The notes below the pieces were generated by a model that was given only the letters and a program-made list of their open reading frames with translations, was not told the DNA's origin and did no database searches. From Octopus sinensis (taxonomy: Eukaryota): a DNA stretch of 64,000 nucleotides. Made by a program: the position numbers and the translations under genes. The first letter of the stretch is position 1, and the number at the start of each line of letters is the position of its first letter. Of the stretch, positions 53,481 to 64,000 are shown one piece after another. Where the stretch lies: positions 103,788,001 to 103,852,000 of the forward strand of contig NC_043001.1 in NCBI RefSeq assembly GCF_006345805.1, in the 5' to 3' direction.

Positions 53481-53685
53481 TTATATATATATATATTATA
53501 CATATATATGTATGTATGTATGTATATATATAGGAGGTGTATCAATTTATTTTATATTCTAAATGCCAAAATAGAGAACTCAAAACTTACAAATTCCTTT
53601 ATGTATCTATACATTGAAAGAAAGACCTCAACATGGTAACCTTAACCATCACATCGCAACCAATGGTAAATTTTAATATTCTTAC

Positions 53686-53750
53686 CTGATTCAACGTTTC
53701 TTGGATTCATTCATTTATTTAGAACCGTATTTAGAACGTGCAATCAAATT
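53686..53750 (-). CDS. Candidate 65-nt exon on the minus strand with a possible start codon (ATG at 53710: MNPRNVES)
   Basis: ttttaaagtttag acceptor and CAG|gtaaga donor on the minus strand. All frames are closed upstream of the ATG. Confidence 0.25.
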
Positions 53751-55419
53751 CTAAACTTTAAAAGTATATTCTTTAAAACTATGCTCTTAAAACGAAGATG
53801 GCAATTCTGCTCGATTTACATTCCAGAAGCCAGTTACATGTGAACCTGCCTAAAATGTCGAAATGTCTGGGGTGCGATTGGAGTTTGCCTAACCATTAAC
53901 ACCATCTTTAGACCTTATATGATCAAAAGCTTTCTATTTTTCCGTCGGATCGATCCCCATTCGTCATCAGAGATTCGTAGACTGAATGCTCACTCGGAAC
54001 ATTTGCTTCCCCAGAAAAAGTAGTAAATTGAGGGTAGATATATTTGAGGGTAGATAGAGTTCAGGGAAAATATAATTCTGAGTAAATATAGTTACCTAGC
54101 ACTAAAAAGGGATTAGTATTCCAGGAAATTCTATCAACAATATTCTCTAAGGGCAGCCGGAAGCTAACAACTTAAAGGTATCCATTCCCTAATCAAAGAC
54201 TTATAGTGAAAGAAATTACGCATTTCATAATTCAATGACGTCATAAGAAACAAGCAACTACATGTCAAAGAAGCCATGAATGGATGGAGTCGTCGTCTGA
54301 TGTCTGCTTTACATTTTCGTTTATGACATCATTGGACTTCAAGTAATAAAACTCCTAATAAAAGAATCTGTGATCATATCTCTTCCTGCATTTATTCTGA
54401 CTTATTTACATGTAAAATCTTTAATTATTTATTCAGACAGTCGAACAAACCTCACAGAATAACGATACTTTAAACGAGATTCGCTGTCTTCCTGTTCGAA
54501 AACATTAGAATATATTCACAAGATTTTTGAGACTTCTTAAGGAGGTGGGTGCCTGGATGCTTCCGCAACCAACCTTTATTATTAGCAAGCATTTCAACCC
54601 ACCTTGAACATATAAACTTGTTCGTGGCTGTTTTTCATTTGTTGTCGCTTAATCTTTTTTAATAGGTTTCATCTCAAGATGTCAGGTGAATAAGTAATGT
54701 TTGTTTGTCACAGACATGTTTGCCTCTTCTAGATTATCCACTGCTTTTTTTTTTTTGTTTTTGTTCTTACTCTGATGTACTTAAAAATTCATAGCTCCTT
54801 GACACCGTCAAGAAAATGCAATTCAACATTGTTTCTTTTCCGTCTGCTCTGTCTTTAGTCGTTAGTGTTACTATTAGAGGTAACACATAACAACAAACTA
54901 TGGCGTCATGCAGCTTTTCCTCGCAAAACTGTTAACACATGATTCATATTCAGTTGTATGCAAATCCCATTGTCACCTATTCTAAAATACCTTCACGTTT
55001 TCTTGGAGCGGAGAATTTCTTACAGCAGCGTATCCGACTGTATTTATTTTCTTTTCGTTAAGAGATTTGATACCACTCCAGGCGAGAATTGTACGTTGGT
55101 TGAGACATGCTGGCATTTGAAGTCATTAGGATTTTGAAAGCCAAGTGAAAATAAATGAATGCGCAACCGTGTCTCCCCGCAACGCACGCATTCTTCTCAC
55201 CTCAGCTGCGTTCCTATAATTGAATTATGCATCGTTATATTAACCGGCTGACGAAACTGGTTGCCGGCTTTACAGTGAAGAAGGCAGCAACGTTTCGAAG
55301 GCAGGCCATTTCATGAATATTGTTTTATATACTTTCATGTATATGTGTGTGTGAGTGTGTATATGTGGGCATGTGTGCGTGTATAATTGTATATGTATAT
55401 GCATGTACATATACAATAC

Positions 55420-55457
<38 letters not shown>

Positions 55458-55666
55458 ATGTATATATATATATATATATACGTATACGTATATATGCATA
55501 TCTATCTAGCTAGCTATATATATATACATATATATATATATATGTCTGTGTATGTGTATGTGTGCTTGTGTGTGCGTGCATGTGTGTGTGTGTATTCATA
55601 TATGGAAAAGTGTGCATTCATATATGGAAATAGCGACAGACAGACAGACAGACCGATAGATAGACC

Positions 55667-55784
<118 letters not shown>

Positions 55785-56671
55785 TGTGCAGATACAGATA
55801 TGGCTCTACCGTCGATTATTTCAAAAACTGATTGAATTGCATATGTCAACTATTGTGTAAATGCAGAACCAATAAATGGAATAACTAAAGAGAGTGTGGA
55901 TGGCTGCATGGCTAAACAGCTCTTTTCTATTGTCTTGGAGGGAAACTAGACAAATGGAAAGTCCGCCGGAACCAGATGGATGAATTCTGCTTATATTTCA
56001 AAGACCCACCTCCATCACTTTGTATCGCAATGATTAGGCCTAAGAATTGAGTTGAGGATACATGGACATTTAGAATACTCAAACTCTGCACGCTAATCCA
56101 ATCGGCAAGTTAATTCAATTGATGGAAGAAGTGAAACGATCATCCTCGAAACTGGCGAAAGTCCATTTATTTTATAGTTCTATTATTACAGTATTCAGTC
56201 ATTCTAAAAGGTTTCGTGATAATGCATTTAGCTTTTCTCTTCAAGATTTTTTTTATTATTGCTGTTGTTGTTGTTGTTGTTATTTAATCCTGGGTCTGTT
56301 ACCAGTTCCAAATAATAATTGACATAAAGTGCCATTCATTGTCCAAACATAATCAAACATTCCTATTTAGTGCCAAGCCAACCTATGATCAAAGACATTC
56401 GACAGATGACTGATGACTATCTTGTCTTTTCTTTAGACATATCGTATCTAGAGCCGCGTTGTTCAGCCTGGCCTAATCTTTTTTAAGGCGCTAAGGTGTG
56501 ATTAAAGAATGATTTAATCGCTATTTCCAGCAACTCACACAGACGTGCAAAGACGTCACAAACGTTGATCGGGATTTAGATTTCCGTCTTCACATCATAA
56601 CGCAGAAAACAACCATAGAATCCAAGCAAAACTGGAATCATTGCAGACTGATCTTCTATAATTTATTCTAT

Positions 56672-56923
56672 TAATCTCTTACTTGTTTCAGTCATTAGAC
56701 TGCGGCGATGCTGGGGCAACACCTTGAATTTATAGTCGAATGAATCGACCTCAGTAATTCTTTTTAAGCATGGTACTTATTTTTATCAGTCTGTTTTGTC
56801 GAAACGTTAAGGTACGGAGACGTAACCACACCGACACCGGTTGTCAAGCAGTGGTGTGGGACAGGTACACACACACACTCACATATATATACATATATAT
56901 ATATGGATGTATGAATGTTTGTG

Positions 56924-56962
<39 letters not shown>

Positions 56963-57450
56963 ATCACGTGACCGACCAGGCTATCAGATGTTGCTACACA
57001 TCGTTGGTCACAATGTGCTTCGCATTGTCTTAGCCTTCAAATGACGCCACCCCGCTGGCTAAGCGAGCAGGCCAAAAGAAGAAAGAGTGAGAGAAAGTTG
57101 TGGCGAAAGAATACAGCAGGGATTGCCACCCACCCCCTGCCAGAGCCTCGTGGAGCATTAGGTGTTTTCGTTCAATAAACACTCACAACGATAATCACTG
57201 GGAATCTAAACCGCGATCCTATGTATGTATGTATGTATGTATGTATGTGTGTATGCGTGTATGTATGTGTGTGTGTGTATGTATAGGACGATCTCCTTTC
57301 AGTTTCCGTATACCAAATGCACTTTCGAGTTTTTAGTAGGCCCGTGGCTATAGTAGAAAACACTTGCCCAAGGCACCACGAGGTGGGACTGAACCCGAGA
57401 CCATGTGGTAGGGAAGCAAATATCTCTGCACGGAACCCTGCCTACGCCTA
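56672..57450 (-). mobile_element. SINE type A (head 57285-57450, tail 56672-56880) with a type C SINE nested in its microsatellite (56955-57220)
   Basis: Both halves are collinear with 41328-41735. The inner block is homologous to 2698-2910. Confidence 0.82.
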
Positions 57451-58395
57451 GAAAGACGTACTAAGAATAATAACATTCGTGTATTGTTAGTAATGAAAGG
57501 TTTGTTGTGTTGTTTGAGCCAAGCCTTGACGCCATCAAACCTATTTTTGTTTTCTGTGAAGATGGCTGCGAGTTGGAATGAGAAAACATACTTCACCTCT
57601 CGACATACAAACTTACGTTTGTTTACAAATCTCTGACAATTTTCTCCCAACAATCAGGTGTTGGTTTGTACCAAATAAGTAGACTTATAGATTAATTAAT
57701 AATTTATATCTTAATGGATGTTCAAGGATTTCTTGTCCATTGAAATATTTTCCTGTAAGGTTAAATATTTATAGGAAAAAAAAAACTGGAGGTATGTTTA
57801 TAAAAGGTTAATTTCAGGGAAGGACAATAATCAAATTGATCGCATTTAATACTTAGCACTCTCCATATTGACACCAGACAGACACGACGCGTAGTTGACC
57901 TGGGTAGATTTCAAAGTTGAACGTATAAGGGTGATACGGAAATAAACGATAGAGCTGATTCTGCACAATCTGTTACTCCACTACTCTTGGACTATTGATT
58001 ATATTCGTACGATAACTGAAGAGAACTGAAGAAGCGGTAGTAAAGAATATAGGATTCTGGATGGTCGCTAGAAACCATTCGGCTTCACTCCTGCTGTGAA
58101 TACGATTGAACAGGTTGATCCTGTATCAAAATATGAAATCAATACCATAGATGTTTCATACTGAAATCTATTGTTGTATGACGATTGTCTGCTTGCTAAT
58201 GTGTATATAGAGTATACAGAACGATGTGTGTATGCAAGGATATAGAGAACGAGCAACATAGTCACCTATTTATGCACAAACATATAATCACACACAGATT
58301 TATGCCTTGTTCTCTCTTTCCTTTCTGCACACAGGCAAACACGCACATGCATACCTATACATACACGCATATATATATGCAAAGAGGAGCAGAGA

Positions 58396-58532
<137 letters not shown>

Positions 58533-59337
58533 GTTATGAGTGTATATATATAGTAACTGGAGGAAATACTACCATAGCATAGCTTGAAATGTATGTCAAA
58601 CCATACGTACACAGCTGAAGCCATATATCGATAGAATCTGTTTCGTGGCAAAACACCTGAGTCTTTTCTGTCTTATCAAAGCTTTTATCATGATTGAAAC
58701 AAAAACGTGTCTGCAAGTAATTCTTAATGGACGATGTCAGACATGTTGCTTATTCTCCTTCCTTTGCTTCCGATGCCATATATCGATACAAAAATATAAC
58801 TTTATGCCAACATTTTCGTACATATGTGTATATAATTGTATATATGCCGTCAGCTACTCTCTTGTTATCACCCAACTGCCATGTCTTCTTACAGTGCCCA
58901 GCATTCAATGGTAGCCTCTCTCCGCCAGCAGTTAGCAAGTGTCAATATTCGCCTGTTTCGACATTCACTAATTTCAGTCAGTCCCAAAAAAAGACTGTTA
59001 TATCGTGCCCGAAAAGTGGAAAAGCAAAATCGGTCGTGGCGAGATCTGAACCCAGAATAAAGAAGTGCATCACTAAATACAGCAATGCACTTCATACATC
59101 TTTCTACCGATTCTGCCATCCGCCGCCCTTGGTGCGATCGGGGAATGGCAGAATCGGTAGAATTCCATTTAATGAAATGCAGCAATTTTCTTGTGAGAAA
59201 TTAAGACACTTAAATGGCATCGCTATTTAAGCACTAAAGAGGGAGCGGACAAGTTAGGAAGGTTTCTTATCCCTTTAACGCTTTACTATTTGTCTATCAA
59301 AAACTTTGCATCTCTTTCGGTTTCGATTTCTGTCCAG

Positions 59338-59456
59338 TGCACTTTGGAATGGAAATTAAACCAGTTTTTAAGAGAACTTCTATTTGCATGTAGAAAATAC
59401 AAAGAACATGCTGATGCTTTAAGAAGTGCTTTGTGTTCTTCCAATATTCGTGGAGA
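59338..59456 (+). CDS. Candidate coding exon (phase 0-2)
   Basis: tctctttcggtttcgatttctgtccag acceptor. Only open frame is CTLEWKLNQFLRELLFACRKYKEHADALRSALCSSNIRG. Donors at 59457 (gtgggt) or 59484 (gtgact). Confidence 0.3.
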
Positions 59457-60160
59457 GTGGGTTCGGGAGTGGCGGAGGAGGAGGTGACTGCCTGCTTTGA
59501 AAATTCTCTTTCAAACCCTTCATGTACGGTTTGTGCAAACACGTTGGGCAAATATTTACTAAGTTAGACTTATATTGACCGATGTCTTGAAAATAGTATT
59601 TTGTGGAGAAAGCGGAATGAAATTTAGTAAACAAAAGTTTGTGAGTAACACTGTGTATGTTGCGGTGGTGGTGGTGGTGGTGGTGGTGGTGGTGGTGGTG
59701 GTGGTGTGGCCTGTGTGTGACCATACGATGTAAACACCGACGCGGAAAGCAACACACACACACTTTCATATAGAAATGCCGTTCATGGTATTTGTTCCGC
59801 TTGAGTTACACTGACAATCCTTCAGAAGTGCAGCGAACTTATGGCCATTGGGTGGCTGAGTGGCTGGGTGGCTGGGAGTATCTGCAACCAAACCTAATGC
59901 TATTATTATTCACCAAATACTATATAAAGTATATATTAATAAAGACATTTTGCTTGAAATAGAACTTCACACAGATATTATTGACATTTTAACATCAAAC
60001 CCAAAAATATAAAAATAAAAAATTAGATCAACTAAAAGATACATACGTAATTTCAGAATATTTGAATAAAAACATCTTTTAAAAATATTAGCTTATTATA
60101 TTTTCCCTTTATCCAAAATAATAATTATATTTCTTCTTCAAAGAGAACTTTGAAACACAG

Positions 60161-60227
60161 GAAATTTCTGATACACGTTGTCAATATTGACAGAGAATTT
60201 GACTCAGCAGCAGAAAGAATTGATAAA
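60161..60227 (+). CDS. Candidate coding exon (phase 2-0; alternative acceptor at 60144)
   Basis: acacag acceptor and weak AAA|gtataa donor. KFLIHVVNIDREFDSAAERIDK is phase-compatible with 59338-59456. Confidence 0.25.
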
Positions 60228-60504
60228 GTATAAAAGATTTCTGCCTCTCAGACTTAATGAGACACAATAAGTCGATAACTTCCACAGGCTGGAATCGTTA
60301 AACCACTTTACAGAAGCTTAAACAAATCACTTGATATTAAATAGGGCGGTTTATTCCCTTTCTCAGACTTCATTATAAAACGGTACAGATAGGATTTCTA
60401 AAAAGGTGATTCATCTTGGAGGACATTTTGTTTGTCTCGGTTATTGCTAAATGATTGATTATAAGCAGTTGTTACAAAGACCTCTACCATCTATGCTTAT
60501 ATTT

Positions 60505-60806
<302 letters not shown>

Positions 60807-61224
60807 CATACAAAAACTAAGCTAGTATAAAGATTTTGAAATAGAAATTAGCAAAATGTGGAACCTGAAAACTAAAATAATACCTGTTGCTATAGGTGCC
60901 CTAGGAATGATAGCAAAAGGGGCTGATTGCTACCTACCTCAGATACCAGGAAACCCCCAAAATTGCAGAAAATCAAAAGATAGTGCTCATGGAAACTACT
61001 CATATCCTACGCAAAATACTTTCTATGTAATCTCAAGTTTTAAAACAAGCATAATTTTTTTATGGTTTCTTGAACATTCTCTAGAACAACACTATGTACA
61101 AAACCAAATATATGGCACCCTAGGCATAACACCAACATGAACTTCCAACTTGCTGTCTCTTGAGGTCTCTGGGTGAGACTTGGAGCCAACTTGTGCAAAA
61201 GCAAAGCAAAAGTCAAACATAAAA

Positions 61225-61228
<4 letters not shown>
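60807..61228 (+). mobile_element. R4/Dong-clade LINE 3' end (endonuclease C-terminus + 3' UTR) in (TAA)n
   Basis: QKLS*YKDFEIEISKMWNLKTKIIPVAIGALGMI...THILRKILSM* (stop 61028-61030, one frameshift), followed by (TAA)n. Confidence 0.85.
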
Positions 61229-61309
<81 letters not shown>

Positions 61310-61387
61310 AAGAAGAAGAAGAAGAAGAAGAAGAAGAAGAAGAAGAAGAAGAAGAAGAAGAAGAAGAAGAAGAAGGAGGAGGAGGAG

Positions 61388-61741
61388 AACGGATCATAGA
61401 TATAGCATGTCCAGCTGACAGCAAGGTATGCGATAAGGAAGAAAGAAAAGTCGATAGATATAACAGGTTAGCTTGGGAGGTTAAGCAGTTGTGGTTGATG
61501 AAAAAGGTAGCAGTAGTACCAATAATGGTCGGATCCCTGGGAACAGTGAGCAAAAATCTCGAGAGGCACATACAACAAACAGGGGCTGCAATAAGGGTGG
61601 AACACTTGTAGAAAACAGCACTGCTCGAAACCACTCGAACACTCCGGATGGTGCTCGAAAAATGAGGAGTGTTACCTTCGTTCACTGGTAGTGAACAGCT
61701 GACACTGTAGTACATCTCCAATGTTAGAAGCTGTGCAAAGG
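61388..61741 (+). mobile_element. Second, different R4/Dong-clade LINE 3' end with (TAA)n tail
   Basis: IIDIACPADSKVCDKEERKVDRYNRLAWEVKQLW...VVPIMVGSLGTV...ALLETTRTLRMVLEK* (stop 61663-61665). (TAA)n runs to about 61835. Confidence 0.88.
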
Positions 61742-61755
61742 TAATAATAATAATA

Positions 61756-61790
<35 letters not shown>

Positions 61791-63801
61791 TAATAATAAT
61801 AATAATATTAGTAATAATAATAATAATAATAATAAAACAATGCTAGTATTTTGTCTTAATCAATTGACTAAATCTAAAGAAAATTTGCTCCGCGGCATTT
61901 TTGTTTATCGTTGTCCTCTCAGTGACGCTTCTCTTAAACGTTCGACTTTATTTTAGAACCTTGTAAATAAGAGAGAATAATAGAGAGCACGGGGAGTCGA
62001 GTCATGAACCAAGGGATTCAAGAGTTCGTGTCATTTGAGTGGAAATACATTGTTTGGGTGACCAGACGACAGAGCCTTCCAAAAGCAGATGACAACATTC
62101 GCCGTGAAACGATAGGACAGGATAAGAACAATAGAATGCAGTTAGCAGCGGCAACATTATAAAAAAAAAACCTCGGATGTCTTGTTAGATTACAATACAG
62201 AAGCGAAATTCTTGTATGAGACACACCAAGATGAATTGTGGCGCTGAAAATGTAAGAAGTACTCAGTTAAAAGCTATACAGCTTCTAACTGATTGCTTCT
62301 TCTGTATAGAAAACAGACCTTCACAGGAATGATTGGTACATTCTTATTCACCAAAATATCAGTGATTAAAGATTAGATAACCAAGAATCACCTGTAAGAT
62401 CTTGTATTCGAAGTTTTCATCAATATATCATAGAAATTTCCAGCAAATATTTGGAAATCATAACTGATGGACAAATATGTGTTTATTAAAATATATACGA
62501 TATTCTTGCGAAAATTTTATTACATAGAAACATTTTAATTTTAATTTTGCTTGAGTTTTTGAATAAAATAATGACAGAAATCTATTCACTAAACAATTTA
62601 TTTACAAACAGTTAAAATGGCTTCGAAACATCTGATAGAATGGTATATAATAATGAGAATTGAAAGACGTGTAGTTTGATGAAATCTTCAAATCAATTGA
62701 AAGTGAAGCTTTAAAGTTGGCCATCAAACAGAAAAGAGAAATTAAATATGAATCGAGATCAAAAGAAAATATGAGGAAGAGCTATAAATTAAAGAATTAC
62801 CGATTGAGTAATTTAAGATAGTTAAGAACTAAGTGTAAGAAATGAAAGAGAACAGTTTGTTCATCTTCCTGGCTGTCATCTCTATTTATAGTATTAATTC
62901 AATGAGTTGTGTACATCGTCTGGGATGGCGTTAATATTATCTCTCAGTAAGAAATGCCTGTGGAAAGAATAGTCACCCACCTGAAATTAAAGAAACATTC
63001 TCTTCACAAGACGAATAAATCAACAAACATTATCAGATTATTTTTATTTTTCTTTTGACATTTTATTGTATAATTTACCCAAACCAACAAGATAGCTGCT
63101 ACATCGTCCCTCAAATTCATTGAAATATCAGCGTAATCTCCTTTAAATCCCACTCTGTCGTTTTAAAAATAAGATTGTATCTATTACAACAGTGGATTCA
63201 CAGTCTCTTGAAAGAAACATAGATGGGGAGATAATAGCGAGAGACATTTTAATTATAGGTTTGTTCAATCAAGACCGACGGAGCTTGGGGCTAACCAACA
63301 ACAATTAATTTCCAAATACAGACACAAGATGGCAGAGTTTGTGTAGGAGATGACTGAATCGGCTCCAGAAATGGACAGTAATTTTATCGACCTTGGAAGA
63401 ATGAATGATAAATTCGTTCACAAACATGATGGTCATTCAATTCCGAAACTAGACACGTGACTAAGCCCCGCAATAAACACTGTCCGACTTTATAGTGATT
63501 CTCACTATCGACCGCCATATGTGACGATGAGAAAGCTTCATTTTCCCAGAGACTCTAAAGAAAAGCACTCGATATAAAGCAAGTTTTGATTAACGGAAAC
63601 TATTATTTATTTATGTAAACACAATCAACATTCTATGGCTTGCGTTTTTCAGTTTTGTTCTAATCATTTGGGTAACGTTCCACGAATGTATAAAGTTATA
63701 TGAATAACTTTAAAGATCGAAGGAATAAATGATACTTAAAGCAATTCCATTGCACTGAAAACAATAACGGAAAGAGAAACGATGTTATTTACGCCCCCCT
63801 C

Positions 63802-63835
<34 letters not shown>

Positions 63836-64000
63836 CGTCAAAGAGGTGGACTGGCATGGTCTTTGTGGTGTGGAGTGGAACACCTAATAGTATATGTCCG
63901 GCTTCTGAGTTAGTGCCAGTTCAGATACCAAGCTCCTTCACCCACCCCCCGTAGGTTGTCTTTCACTTATTGCCCTCCTGGTTTGGTGAAAACTTTCAAG

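Noticed and set aside
54673-54692. 20-nt AG/GT-bounded microexon, and similar candidates near 14924, 57615 (minus) and 58071
   Set aside because: Within the number expected by chance in AT-rich DNA, with no independent support.

Overview
Eukaryotic, AT-rich, repeat-saturated genomic DNA. The SINE families and the density of (TA)n/(GATA)n/(TAA)n arrays look like octopus; this is an inference from pattern recognition, not a database result. No complete protein-coding gene, rRNA, true tRNA gene or CRISPR array can be supported, and nearly all long ORFs in the supplied track are microsatellite artefacts. The window holds more than 30 tRNA-derived SINE copies of about 5 types, mariner/Tc1 relics and MITEs, and decayed non-LTR retrotransposon fragments: R4/Dong-like pieces sitting in (TAA)n, an L1/Tx1-like 3' end sitting in (GACA)n(GATA)n, plus HERO-like and RTE-like pieces. 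There are also several Penelope-like (PLE) terminal sequences. Main observations: (1) a structurally complete minimal type-I hammerhead ribozyme at 35778-35880; (2) a composite SINE (tRNA head + (AAT)n + PLE/hammerhead-like tail) present twice, once with a head-to-head inverted 5' partner; (3) a SINE subfamily whose 3' tail matches the 3' end of the L1/Tx1-like LINE in this same window; (4) a fold-back mariner and several long palindromes. Scattered candidate exons of unrecognised host gene(s) are listed at low confidence, because chance splice-site pairs are expected in this much AT-rich sequence.
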